A stretch of 35,699 nucleotides of DNA from a virus (taxonomy: Duplodnaviria > Caudoviricetes), in the IMG/VR virus record IMGVR_UViG_3300044724_010283, positions 1 through 35,699 of that record. One strand, 5' to 3'. Position 1 is the first letter of the stretch. Every line of letters starts with the position of its first letter. The position numbers and the translations under genes are program-made. The notes below the pieces were generated by a model. The model ran no database searches, was not told the DNA's origin, and worked only from the letters and a program-made list of their open reading frames with translations. This document shows positions 26,841 to 35,699 of this stretch, piece after piece.

Positions 26841-27239
26841 TTAGCAAATATTGTCTGTCGTAGTTGCACTACCTCTCGCTAAAATAGAAACAGTGCCATA
26901 TAGTATCCTTGAAACATAATTGTCTCCAGCATCAGTAAAAACTGCTGGTGATTTAAGGTCTAGGTCATACTTTGCAGATGTAAACTTAAAATTACTAGTT
27001 GTAGAGGCTGGTAATAAAAGTCGTATTTCGCCGGTACTGTCATTTAAAGAAAAGGTATATTCGTTGTGATCTTCATTTCCCGAGCGGAATTCTTGAATTA
27101 TGCCGGTATCTGTTTTCCAAACTAGTCTAGCACACCAGTTAGTCAAATCTATGGGCTGTGAGTCACTGTCTTTGTAAAAAAAACTAATTTGATAAGAGCT
27201 ACCTTGTTCAATAATAAAATCGTATCTACTGGCCGACAT
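26841..27239 (-). CDS. Ig-like (BppU N-terminal-like) virion protein (132 aa)
   Basis: YDFIIEQGSS...KDSDSQPIDLT.W.AR...GEIRL.LPA..T...YDL...RILYG.V; AGGAG SD. Confidence 0.6.
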   Translation of the reverse strand: MSASRYDFIIEQGSSYQISFFYKDSDSQPIDLTNWCARLVWKTDTGIIQEFRSGNEDHNEYTFSLNDSTGEIRLLLPASTTSNFKFTSAKYDLDLKSPAVFTDAGDNYVSRILYGTVSILARGSATTTDNIC

Positions 27240-27282
27240 TGACTATCCTCTCCTTGGTATGGTTTTGATCATCCTAATGGAT

Positions 27283-27300
27283 ACTATACTATACCCCATT
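27283..27300 (-). promoter_or_regulatory. Variant promoter-like motif AATGGGGTATAGTATAGT
   Basis: Lies between the capsid terminator and the fibre cluster; diverged copy of the motif. Confidence 0.4.
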
Positions 27301-27339
27301 TAGGAAAATTATGAAATAGAAATATATCTATCAATGATT

Positions 27340-27375
27340 AAAAAAATAGCCGATCCTCAAGAAGAAGACCGGCTA
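27340..27375 (-). terminator. Rho-independent terminator after the major capsid gene
   Basis: Minus strand reads TAGCCGGTCTTC-TTCTT-GAGGATCGGCTA (12-bp stem with two G-U pairs) followed by T7. Confidence 0.85.
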
Positions 27376-27411
27376 CTTTGATTAAGCTAAATAGATATCA
27401 AAAATTACACG

Positions 27412-28419
27412 CTAGAGAGAACCTAAGACCACTCTTCTGTTATCTAGAACAGCAAAGCCTTGTTCAGCCCAACCATAAAAGCCAGCTCTCTTTTGACGAT
27501 GAAGTGTATCGTCTTCGAAAACTTGAACTTCTTGTCGTACTGGCATAATGAAAGAATCATTGTTTCTTAAGTCAAGACCAACAACAATTTCACTATCACC
27601 AGCAGGTAGAGTGCCACTAAGAACATTAGAATAAAATTCTTGATATTCTTGACCTTCACCTAGCTCATCAAGATCATGTAGGTTAATACCAAAAACTCTA
27701 TTTACAGAATTATCAGCATCACCTGCTGTGTAGATCTCACGACGAGTAATCTCATCAACTTGATCAACACCCCAATTTCTAAGATCTTCCATAGCTTCAG
27801 GAGAAACAAAGAGATCTGTTAAGATGCTTCTATTGTTACTAGAAGAATTACCGCCGCCATTACGACGCATGATAGTCTTAAGCAATGATACAAGCCTCTT
27901 GGTGAATTGACCACCATTGGCATCACTATCGTAAACTACGATATTGCGATCTACACCAGCAGCTAAGATGGTGTGCCAGCCGTCATCATTCATTTTCTTA
28001 ACAAATTGGGCTTCCAAAGCTTCCATAGCTCTGCCAACCACATCCCATCGAGCATCGCGGGCATATTTGAGTAAATAATCGATTGATGCACCGATATCAT
28101 AAGTAGGAACCATGACGTAATCACCTTCAACGTGACGTTCTGGAATATACCCATGATTAGGAATAGTATAAGCTACGAAATCCGATTCAGTTCCAGGAGC
28201 CAAGAAATCCAATGGAAATTCTGGCGTTGCACCTGGAGCTAATTTTACGGCTTCAAAGATACCGCTAAGAATATCACCGCTTAAAACGGCTTGTCTGAGT
28301 GGTAGCTCTAAAGCTTTTGCAAATTCTCTACTAGCAGCTAAAGATTGTTCTTTTTCTGCAGAGCCTGATCTCATTAAAAGATCAGTAAGTTCGCTTGATG
28401 GTTCAAATTTATTTGACAT
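27412..28419 (-). CDS. Major capsid protein (HK97 fold)
   Basis: 335 aa; follows portal, protease-scaffold and decoration genes; strong GAGGAG SD and downstream terminator; C-terminal GFYGWAEQGFAVLD.R.VV. Confidence 0.88.
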   Translation of the reverse strand: MSNKFEPSSELTDLLMRSGSAEKEQSLAASREFAKALELPLRQAVLSGDILSGIFEAVKLAPGATPEFPLDFLAPGTESDFVAYTIPNHGYIPERHVEGDYVMVPTYDIGASIDYLLKYARDARWDVVGRAMEALEAQFVKKMNDDGWHTILAAGVDRNIVVYDSDANGGQFTKRLVSLLKTIMRRNGGGNSSSNNRSILTDLFVSPEAMEDLRNWGVDQVDEITRREIYTAGDADNSVNRVFGINLHDLDELGEGQEYQEFYSNVLSGTLPAGDSEIVVGLDLRNNDSFIMPVRQEVQVFEDDTLHRQKRAGFYGWAEQGFAVLDNRRVVLGSL

Positions 28420-28437
28420 TATTTTTTTCTCCTCTAA

Positions 28438-28899
28438 TTAAGCGATGTTGATATCTACTTTAACATAACCATCGGAATCAACCTGACTTAAGAAGGCACC
28501 CACCTTAACACTATTAGTGCTAAGAGTAGTAAAATTGCCATCTCCGTCATAATAGGCGGCATCACCAGCCGATGGTGTTTGACCAGCTGCTACCATATTA
28601 GTAACAACACTACCTCTACGGAGTAGTGCTACTTTACCGCCCTTCTGCACCTCATCTTTACTATAGTTGATGTGTTGTCTTGTTAAATCAAGATTAACAA
28701 CATCATTTAATAGTACGCCAGCTGGTGCAGTACCTGAAGGTGTACCAGCAGGATAGGCTACGACAGCATCAGCATCATCCATAGATGAGCCAACACCACC
28801 GTTACCGCTGTAGACAACAACGCCACCACGGTCTCCGACTGTATTCATGAAAAATGAAACATCGGTATAACTTTCAACTCTATCTGGTTTTAAGGCCAT
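28438..28899 (-). CDS. Head decoration/cement protein
   Basis: 153 aa between scaffold and capsid genes; AGVLLNDV, V.T.MV...P.AGD.AY...G.F, VG.FLS..D.DGY.KV; AAGGAG SD. Confidence 0.72.
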   Translation of the reverse strand: MALKPDRVESYTDVSFFMNTVGDRGGVVVYSGNGGVGSSMDDADAVVAYPAGTPSGTAPAGVLLNDVVNLDLTRQHINYSKDEVQKGGKVALLRRGSVVTNMVAAGQTPSAGDAAYYDGDGNFTTLSTNSVKVGAFLSQVDSDGYVKVDINIA

Positions 28900-28901
28900 T
28901 T

Positions 28902-29699
28902 TTATTCTCCTTTAATGGAATGTTCTTTTTTGCCTAATCTAGAATAAACAAAATCTACTAATGATGCTCTAGTGGTTTGTAACTCTGAGTCATCTTCACT
29001 ACCAACACTAAGATCAATACTTTCTTCGACTTCAACATTATCTAAATCAGACTCTGTTGCAGCTTCAGTTTCGTTAGCTATTGACTCAGTTACTTCTTCT
29101 TCAGTGCTTGCCTCGGTGTCTTCCGATGCTGTTTGCTCGGTCTGACTTTGGGCCCACTCAGGGGTATTCGAACCTACCAAAGCTGTAATAGCAGAAAATG
29201 CCTCATCATCTAAGCTTTCGAACCTGTTGACAGTAGCTGCTGCTATATCTTCGGTCACTCCGGTTTGGACGAGTTGGGAAATTCTACTTGCAATTAACGC
29301 TTGCTTGGCTAATTCGGCTTCTCGAATTTTGTATGCTTCAATAGTTTCATTAGCACTTGCTAGCTCATCTTGTATGCTTTTAAAAGCTTCTGCATGATCT
29401 TTTTGAATGGCTTCAATTTCCGAGGCTTTTGCCTCATCTAATTGAGCAACATCATATTGCATTTTCTTTTTGTATTCTTCTAGCTCGGCATCTTTTGCTG
29501 CCAAGGCATTATCAAGTTCTGTTTTTTGAGTAGACAAAGATATCATTGCCTCATCCTTGTCCTTGATAGAAGATTCTAGTTCCATAACTTTAGTCTCAAG
29601 CGAGGTTACTGTCGAGTAAGCCTCTTTCAGACTTTCGCTGCAGCCATTCATAGCTTCAACTTTGTCTTTGAGATCTGAAATATCTTTTTCTAAACTCAT
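28902..29699 (-). CDS. Probable nested in-frame scaffolding protein (265 aa, starts MSLEKDISDL)
   Basis: In-frame ATG at 29699, GGAGA SD 8 nt upstream, promoter-like motif at 29731-29748; begins where the coiled coil begins. Confidence 0.6.
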   Translation of the reverse strand: MSLEKDISDLKDKVEAMNGCSESLKEAYSTVTSLETKVMELESSIKDKDEAMISLSTQKTELDNALAAKDAELEEYKKKMQYDVAQLDEAKASEIEAIQKDHAEAFKSIQDELASANETIEAYKIREAELAKQALIASRISQLVQTGVTEDIAAATVNRFESLDDEAFSAITALVGSNTPEWAQSQTEQTASEDTEASTEEEVTESIANETEAATESDLDNVEVEESIDLSVGSEDDSELQTTRASLVDFVYSRLGKKEHSIKGE

Positions 29700-30551
29700 A
29701 TTAGTATTCTCCATATTAAGGGACGCTTGAATATTACATACACTATTATTTTCCAAATGGATATTTTTATTTTTTTGTAATAGTTTGTTTGTTTGTTCTG
29801 GAGCAAAAATAATGCTCTCGGGATTAGCTGGCTTATCAACAAAACCTTTACCAGAAAAATTTATATTCCTCAACACTCTACCTATCTTATAGTTTTCAAA
29901 TTCGCCAGCTCCTCCATAAGCTCTTAAGTGTTTGGTTAAATAGGCAGAATTTTCGTTTCTACTTACAATGTGATATTCGCCATTATTATTATTTAATAAT
30001 CCATAATCAAAATTATTAAAATAACATTCCATGCTGACGTATTTTTTACCATCTTTTATTTGCTGTATCAATTCCTCTGCCCTGGCATTAAGTTCTGGAT
30101 TAGAGAAATTTCTATATATCACTGAACCTGTTACAATATGAAATTTATCGGGCAAATTCTCAATATCAATATCATCTGGTAATTTTGAACCATCCATAGA
30201 TATTGGCCAATTAGAAACAATATGTCCAACTATTTGATCTTCGTCATGCTCTAAATTTGTGGGTTTGTCTTCTGGTGTGGACCTAGCATTCCACACTTCA
30301 ATTTTATCAAAAACATCGTCATTCTTGTTCCAGGAAGATGTGACTAAAATAGATTGAACATAATATAAATCTTCATCAGAAATGGAAGCTAAAGTTTGCT
30401 CTTCATTATTAATGCATGCATATGTCGCTGAAGTATTAATATTTTCATTAATATTTTGACAAGGTTTTAGTTCCGAAATATAGGCAACAGATGTGTTAGA
30501 TGCTATGGCTTTGTCAATACCGTCTTTGTATTCCTGTGGATATATATGCAT
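28902..30551 (-). CDS. Prohead protease-scaffold fusion
   Basis: N-terminal half has NKNDDVF, KPTNLEHD..IVGHI, VSMEC and FSGKGFVDKPA (His/Ser prohead protease pattern). C-terminal half is coiled coil plus an acidic tract. Confidence 0.82.
   Translation of the reverse strand: MHIYPQEYKDGIDKAIASNTSVAYISELKPCQNINENINTSATYACINNEEQTLASISDEDLYYVQSILVTSSWNKNDDVFDKIEVWNARSTPEDKPTNLEHDEDQIVGHIVSNWPISMDGSKLPDDIDIENLPDKFHIVTGSVIYRNFSNPELNARAEELIQQIKDGKKYVSMECYFNNFDYGLLNNNNGEYHIVSRNENSAYLTKHLRAYGGAGEFENYKIGRVLRNINFSGKGFVDKPANPESIIFAPEQTNKLLQKNKNIHLENNSVCNIQASLNMENTNMSLEKDISDLKDKVEAMNGCSESLKEAYSTVTSLETKVMELESSIKDKDEAMISLSTQKTELDNALAAKDAELEEYKKKMQYDVAQLDEAKASEIEAIQKDHAEAFKSIQDELASANETIEAYKIREAELAKQALIASRISQLVQTGVTEDIAAATVNRFESLDDEAFSAITALVGSNTPEWAQSQTEQTASEDTEASTEEEVTESIANETEAATESDLDNVEVEESIDLSVGSEDDSELQTTRASLVDFVYSRLGKKEHSIKGE
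29731..29748 (-). promoter_or_regulatory. Putative internal late promoter TAATAGTGTATGTAATAT
   Basis: Motif copy within the protease-scaffold linker, upstream of the internal SD and ATG. Confidence 0.5.
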
Positions 30552-30561
30552 GATAATACTC

Positions 30562-32748
30562 TTAATTGTTTAATGCAGAATAATAGATTGATTTAATGGT
30601 CTTTTGCTCATCAACAGTTAATGTTCTATTGAGGTCATTGCTAATATTTTTTAACCAATATTCATACCCCATTATTTCACTTATGGTGTTTTTATTTGTT
30701 TCTTTTATATTACTACAAATTTTGTCTTGATCAACATTACTAAATGGTTTAAGATTAAATAGGCACTGTGTCTTAATATATTCTAGATTTTTCAGTTCCT
30801 GGCTAGATAAAGATCGTAAATTCTTTTTATTATAAAATTCTAATATGATAGGATTAATAATGCCACTAATTTTTTCTTGAGCGTCAGTGGCCCATATATT
30901 TAATGTAGCTCCAGTTCTTGGTTTAAACTGTTTTGTTTTTCTTTTTTGAGTATCCTTTGAAAGTTTTGGCCGTCCCTCGCCAGGAACGCCAGGTAAAGAT
31001 TCTGGCGAATCTTTTACCAACTTCGTTGTGGTTTGCTGTTTTTGTTTTTCAGATTGTTCTTTTAATTCGTATAGATTTTTTTCGCCCTTTTTCTTTGGAG
31101 ACAATTCCAGTCCCACCTCGCTTGGAGTAGCCATCCCGCTCTGAAGAACTATCTTTTTGAGACTATTATGGAATTGAGCATCATGGAAAGGTCCAGACTT
31201 TGGAGCGCGCTTGGATTTTTGACGTTGTTTTTCTTCTCTATTAATCCTGCTGTTCTCCATGTCTGAGTCAAACCCAAAACGAGTTTGTAGTAGCTCTTCG
31301 CTTATCAGGTTTCTATCTGCTAATTGAATTAATAAAGCCTTTTCGCTATCTTCATTACTTAAATCCATTCTATCAAACTCTATACTTGCTGAGTATCTGA
31401 ACCCCATTGCCTTTTGTACCATTTCTATTTCATGAGACCAAAAATTAGCTAGAATTTTTCTGCCATATTCTAATCTTTGAGTTAATGTTTTTAGGCTAAT
31501 AAAGTTATTGGTAGTGCCAGAAGCACCATAAGTACCAGTAAGAGTAGGGGGGATTCCTAATCCAGCATATACGCTGTTAAGATGTGGTGTATATTTAGCT
31601 TCTCCTAAAAACTGATGAACATTAGTTTTACTTTCTAAAAGCTCTATATCTGGACCCCATATTAAATCCATAGTACCGCCGCCAACATTATTCTGAAGTA
31701 TATTAGAAAGCTTTGCTGCTGCTGCTTTGGTAGGAGCTATTTTGTGATCTAAATTACCTAATTTAAAAATCCTAATATTAGATATAGCTCCATCAAGGGC
31801 CGCAAGGTCTGCAAGCTTTAATTTTTCAATAATATTAATATCGTCCATAATAGCATATATCATTGGATATGCCCAATTTTGCCAGTCGTCCTTCTTGTAG
31901 TGGAAAACCAAAGTTTTATCTGGATTAAGAGGGTATCCTGTTTTATTTTTAGCTGCTAATATAATATCTTGTGGTAAATTTTGTATAATTTTTCTTTCGA
32001 TATCGTCTTTTGGGGAATTAATGGTTTTTCTGAGATGGCCTGGTAAAACCATTTGGTATTTTTTAATACCAACAAACGAAGCTAAGCTCTCGCCAGCCAC
32101 ATCAACATAAAACGGATCAATAAAAGTATATTTCCATGGTATTTCTTTGCGACCAATATTAATATCTTCTTCAATAATAATATCAGGAGCTGCAGAAGTT
32201 TTATAAAGTCTGTCTTCAATCTTTTTACCTAGCTTAGCTGTCTGTCGATTTATGACAACGTTGCCAACTCTATACAAATTATTTAGAAATCTCTCGGATC
32301 TTTCAACACCATTAATTTTTTGGAACCAATTTTGGTAAAATTTTTCTATCCTCTTATTTTTATGTACAAGTCTAATACCCTGGCATCCAAAATCACCCAT
32401 AAGATCAATAACGTTTTTAACTAATCCGACTCTTTGATAGATGCCATCAGCAGTTTTGATAACATTTTTCACTCTATATGGGACAGATTCTCCGGGCCTG
32501 AAATAATCATAATCCGACCTAGTAAGTCCTGGTCTACTAGATATATTTTCTCCTAGATTAGAGAAGTCCCTATTATATCTCGCATATCCTGTTGTTTTAT
32601 GTATACCCTCAAATTCTGATAAAGATTGAGACGAAGTTTCTAAAGCCTTTTGTTTAGACTCTAAATCGTCCCCCCAGGTTACATAAGCTTTCTCGTCTTG
32701 AACTTCTGCGTCTTCTATGGCTTTACTTTTTGGATATTTAGAAGGCAT
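30562..32748 (-). CDS. Portal protein (728 aa)
   Basis: Lies between terminase and protease; GLVKNVIDLM.DF, FLNNLYRVGNV, VYAGLGIPPTL, LADRNLISEELL portal-like pattern; basic C-terminal extension. Confidence 0.85.
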   Translation of the reverse strand: MPSKYPKSKAIEDAEVQDEKAYVTWGDDLESKQKALETSSQSLSEFEGIHKTTGYARYNRDFSNLGENISSRPGLTRSDYDYFRPGESVPYRVKNVIKTADGIYQRVGLVKNVIDLMGDFGCQGIRLVHKNKRIEKFYQNWFQKINGVERSERFLNNLYRVGNVVINRQTAKLGKKIEDRLYKTSAAPDIIIEEDINIGRKEIPWKYTFIDPFYVDVAGESLASFVGIKKYQMVLPGHLRKTINSPKDDIERKIIQNLPQDIILAAKNKTGYPLNPDKTLVFHYKKDDWQNWAYPMIYAIMDDINIIEKLKLADLAALDGAISNIRIFKLGNLDHKIAPTKAAAAKLSNILQNNVGGGTMDLIWGPDIELLESKTNVHQFLGEAKYTPHLNSVYAGLGIPPTLTGTYGASGTTNNFISLKTLTQRLEYGRKILANFWSHEIEMVQKAMGFRYSASIEFDRMDLSNEDSEKALLIQLADRNLISEELLQTRFGFDSDMENSRINREEKQRQKSKRAPKSGPFHDAQFHNSLKKIVLQSGMATPSEVGLELSPKKKGEKNLYELKEQSEKQKQQTTTKLVKDSPESLPGVPGEGRPKLSKDTQKRKTKQFKPRTGATLNIWATDAQEKISGIINPIILEFYNKKNLRSLSSQELKNLEYIKTQCLFNLKPFSNVDQDKICSNIKETNKNTISEIMGYEYWLKNISNDLNRTLTVDEQKTIKSIYYSALNN

Positions 32749-32792
32749 AATAGAATTGTATTCCTATTGCAATTGTAATGTTTGTCAGTATA

Positions 32793-32810
32793 ACTTATTA
32801 TACACTATTT
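32793..32810 (-). promoter_or_regulatory. Putative late promoter AAATAGTGTATAATAAGT overlapping the terminase stop codon
   Basis: Motif copy about 45 bp upstream of the portal ATG. Confidence 0.55.
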
Positions 32811-34841
32811 TTTGTAAATTCCAAGATAAATGTCATCGTTAACTTCGTTTGTAAACCACTCAGGGCCTTTGTATAAGGCGTCTGTCTTTCTGTATGAGCC
32901 GTCGGTTCCTCCTATGATTTCATATTCTATAGCTGGTTCAGCTCTATTAATAGCTCTGGCTATAGAGTTAGCCATAATTAATGAGCTATATCTATCTTTT
33001 CTTAATTTACCACGCCTTTTGTTTGCTGACGATGAATGACCATCTGGAGTATCCCATTTTTCTCTAGCTCCGGGGCTGTTACTAGTCTGACTCATAACAA
33101 TAGTAGTTAATTCATTTTTCAGTTCTTCGATTTCCAGTATACACTCACTTAATGTATCGTAGATAGGCTCAACATCTGATTGTATTATATCTTGTGATTC
33201 TTTTTCTATTGCTAAACCTAAAGTTAAATTGTCAAAATTAGGAAATAATAATATTTTGTCCTCAAAATCTTTTCTTAGACCATGATTAGCTTGGCTCGTC
33301 CAATCAGATCTAGCGAATTGGATTAATTCTAACATATGCAACCCAGCTTTATGGTCTGTGTCTTTTTCTTTTTTAGGATCTATTATTGGCCAAATTGGTA
33401 ATTCACCTTCTTGTACTTTGTTGGAGTCGTGTAATGCTTCTTCAATAGCGATACCACCACCTTGGGCGTCCAGTGCTATTCTTTCACAAGGAAATACTTT
33501 CATCAAATTTCTAATTTTTCTTGCACAAAATCCATAAAAATCATTCTCATCAACAAGTCCTGTTTTTTGTCTTTGATTGAAATTTTTACGATTTGTCGTC
33601 CAGCAGTATACAATTCTGTTATGATTTGGGTGTAGTTCTATAATAACAATACTAAAATTATCCTGCTCACTAGCTGGGTCTATACCAAAAACATACTTTT
33701 TGTCAGGATCTCCTTGAATTTTAGCTTCGAATAATATGACTTCTCCATTAATAGATATGGGATTTTTGGAGCTTGTTACGCAAGACTCTATCAAGCTTCT
33801 GCGGAAAAAACCGCTACTATCCTTGGTAAAACAAGCTGCATATTCCATATTATATATACCGCTATGTATAGTAGCCCTAGCCCTAGCGACCTGTCTATCG
33901 TCCATAAAGCCTTTAGGGATTAATTCATATGGTATCCTAACAACGCTGTAATCTTTCCAGTTGAAATTAGAGGGTACTTCACCTCTAAATATTTCTTCTA
34001 ATTTATCCTTGTTTCCCTTGCTATGAATAATAGATCTATATCTCTGCCAGTATTGGGCAAAATGCTTGAAACTGTAATCGGCAGTACCAGCTATAATAGC
34101 TTGATTACTTTTTCTGTATTGTAAAGATTCCATTTCTTCGTTCCATATGCCCAAATCTTTCATTAGCTCTTTCTTCGCTTCTGCTTTAACATTACCCATT
34201 GGATCAGCAGATACAGCAGCGAAACCTGAAACAACTGTTTCGTAAACCTCAGGAGATATAGATGCAAATTCATCAGCAATAATAATATGAGCTCTAAGCC
34301 CTCTAATCTTACTGCCATCACCAAGAGGAATAGCTATTGTCCAGCTATCTCCATATCTCATAGTACATCTATCCACATCTCTACGAGGACCATCATCATT
34401 TCCATTAAAAATACTTCGTATAATAGAAGACTTTCTCCAAATTGTTTCCATATATTCAAATATAACCTTACTCTGTCTAAACGCAGCGCCAACAACAACA
34501 ATCTTGGTGCCAGGAACAAATATACATTTCAGCGTACAATATAAAGCTAATAGGAAAGATTTACCAAAACCACGACTAGCAATAAACATAGGAAATGGTC
34601 TGTCCCAAAATTCTTGTAGTATGGCTGCCTGAATTGGGTGTAGCTCTATGTCCATTAGCAGACTAGCTGTCATACTGAAATTAGCTGGATTTTTAATAAT
34701 ATTGATAAGATGCCTATCAGGATTTTCTATATCCTTTTTAGAGCGATTGATCATTAAATTCTTATCTATATGTATATCATCTACATCTCCGAGGTTTAAC
34801 CAGGCATTATCTAAATGATTATTACTTACCATGTATTTCAT
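32805..34841 (-). CDS. terL: Terminase large subunit
   Basis: Q-motif LHPIQ, Walker A ASRGFGKS, IRGLRA, Walker B IIIADEF, nuclease motifs FGIDPA, IALD and KDRYSS. The start may instead be ATG 34832. Confidence 0.95.
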   Translation of the reverse strand: MKYMVSNNHLDNAWLNLGDVDDIHIDKNLMINRSKKDIENPDRHLINIIKNPANFSMTASLLMDIELHPIQAAILQEFWDRPFPMFIASRGFGKSFLLALYCTLKCIFVPGTKIVVVGAAFRQSKVIFEYMETIWRKSSIIRSIFNGNDDGPRRDVDRCTMRYGDSWTIAIPLGDGSKIRGLRAHIIIADEFASISPEVYETVVSGFAAVSADPMGNVKAEAKKELMKDLGIWNEEMESLQYRKSNQAIIAGTADYSFKHFAQYWQRYRSIIHSKGNKDKLEEIFRGEVPSNFNWKDYSVVRIPYELIPKGFMDDRQVARARATIHSGIYNMEYAACFTKDSSGFFRRSLIESCVTSSKNPISINGEVILFEAKIQGDPDKKYVFGIDPASEQDNFSIVIIELHPNHNRIVYCWTTNRKNFNQRQKTGLVDENDFYGFCARKIRNLMKVFPCERIALDAQGGGIAIEEALHDSNKVQEGELPIWPIIDPKKEKDTDHKAGLHMLELIQFARSDWTSQANHGLRKDFEDKILLFPNFDNLTLGLAIEKESQDIIQSDVEPIYDTLSECILEIEELKNELTTIVMSQTSNSPGAREKWDTPDGHSSSANKRRGKLRKDRYSSLIMANSIARAINRAEPAIEYEIIGGTDGSYRKTDALYKGPEWFTNEVNDDIYLGIYKK

Positions 34842-35289
34842 TCACCCTTTTACATATAGAAAAAGCAATTTCATTTGCTGCAGATGGGTTGTCGCAAAAT
34901 AAAACATGAATATTGTGTTTAATTTGCATCTCTGTAATATACTTTAAGATAAAAGCGGGTTTAATCTTAATTCTACTCCACATATGTCTAGGTACAGTAG
35001 AACCAACGGGATAATTTAAAACATCCTGTAAGCTAAACTCTAATAAAATATATTTGTATAAATATTCTTGCATTCTTGTAATTTCAGCTTTAAATCTAGT
35101 TTCAGAAATATTGTTAGCAATTTCGCTAACGCTATTTTTTCTTTCAATACATAAGATATCTTCTAGTCCGTCTATACTATAATCTCCGGTGTCAAGTTTT
35201 CTGTTGATGGTATTACATCCAGCAAATGACCAGGGTTTTTGCTCTCTTGTATCAACAATAATACTAAATGAATATTTATTATTGCTCAT
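34822..35289 (-). CDS. ERCC4/XPF-family structure-specific endonuclease
   Basis: IIVDTREQ, LDTGDYS and CIERK signature motifs. Confidence 0.88.
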   Translation of the reverse strand: MSNNKYSFSIIVDTREQKPWSFAGCNTINRKLDTGDYSIDGLEDILCIERKNSVSEIANNISETRFKAEITRMQEYLYKYILLEFSLQDVLNYPVGSTVPRHMWSRIKIKPAFILKYITEMQIKHNIHVLFCDNPSAANEIAFSICKRVNEIHGK

Positions 35290-35698
35290 AGCAATATCCT
35301 AAGATTTCGTGGGTGCGATTTATGTATAGATCAGAACCAAAAGTAAAACCCACTAGTTTATCAAAATTTAAAAGCTTAATTTGTGTAATGGCTTTCTTTA
35401 ATATTTTTTTAACATTCACATTTACTTGCAACAAACTGCTGAAGATTAAATTTGTAGAAATCTCTGCATAATATATTGTAATCAGTACGGCGGCATCTAG
35501 TAAATATTGTAAATTATTGAGCACGCTATAATTAGAAATACAATAAGCTATAACGCTTTCTAATGGGGTCACATTAAATGAAAAACCATTATATGGTACA
35601 GTTTTTTGTGCATTGTATTGATAGCTTTGTAATATATTTTTATCATTTATATGACTAAAGGTAAAAGTATTTCCTGCGTATTTAAAGTCAAAAGAGGT
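35279..35698 (-). CDS. Hypothetical protein, 5' end outside the window
   Basis: The frame of the 97-aa ORF stays open from GTG 35572 to the window edge (TSFDFKYAGNTFTFSHIND...); its stop overlaps the ERCC4 gene start region. Confidence 0.6.
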   Translation of the reverse strand, partial: TSFDFKYAGNTFTFSHINDKNILQSYQYNAQKTVPYNGFSFNVTPLESVIAYCISNYSVLNNLQYLLDAAVLITIYYAEISTNLIFSSLLQVNVNVKKILKKAITQIKLLNFDKLVGFTFGSDLYINRTHEILGYCYEQ

Positions 35699-35699
35699 G

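Noticed and set aside
2011-34544. Remaining short plus-strand ORFs and nested out-of-frame minus-strand ORFs in the track
   Set aside because: They overlap long, motif-supported minus-strand genes and show no recognisable motifs.
32805-34841. Intein or intron in the terminase (also considered for portal and tape measure inserts)
   Set aside because: Frames are continuous and I recognised no intein splice-junction or LAGLIDADG motifs.
1-35699. Stop-codon reassignment
   Set aside because: Genes tile densely under the standard code, and TAA, TAG and TGA all terminate genes.

Overview
This is the virion morphogenesis operon of a large, AT-rich tailed dsDNA phage (Caudoviricetes). No tail sheath gene is visible, so the tail is probably non-contractile. 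All credible genes lie on the minus strand. Right to left they are: a partial unknown ORF, an ERCC4/XPF-family nuclease, terminase large subunit, portal, a prohead protease-scaffold fusion with a probable nested scaffold gene, head decoration protein, major capsid protein, seven fibre/decoration genes, neck genes, two paralogous tail tube genes, paralogous tail assembly chaperones, a 2870-aa tape measure protein, two paralogous Cys-rich tail-tip/hub genes, and a partial SprB-repeat gene missing from the ORF track. The most striking signal is the tape measure protein. It carries an apparently intact staphylococcal-nuclease-like domain, a P-loop kinase-like domain and a third globular insert, each bracketed by repeated [F/Y/W]xxGG and DTVPAMLTPGE blocks, which suggests an ejected multi-effector polyprotein. 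Also notable are a recurring GTGTAT-core promoter-like motif, repeated gene duplication across the tail module, ten positionally conserved cysteines in the tail-tip paralogs, and a cupredoxin-like insert lacking most copper ligands in the tail terminator. All product calls come from motif reading and gene order, not database searches.
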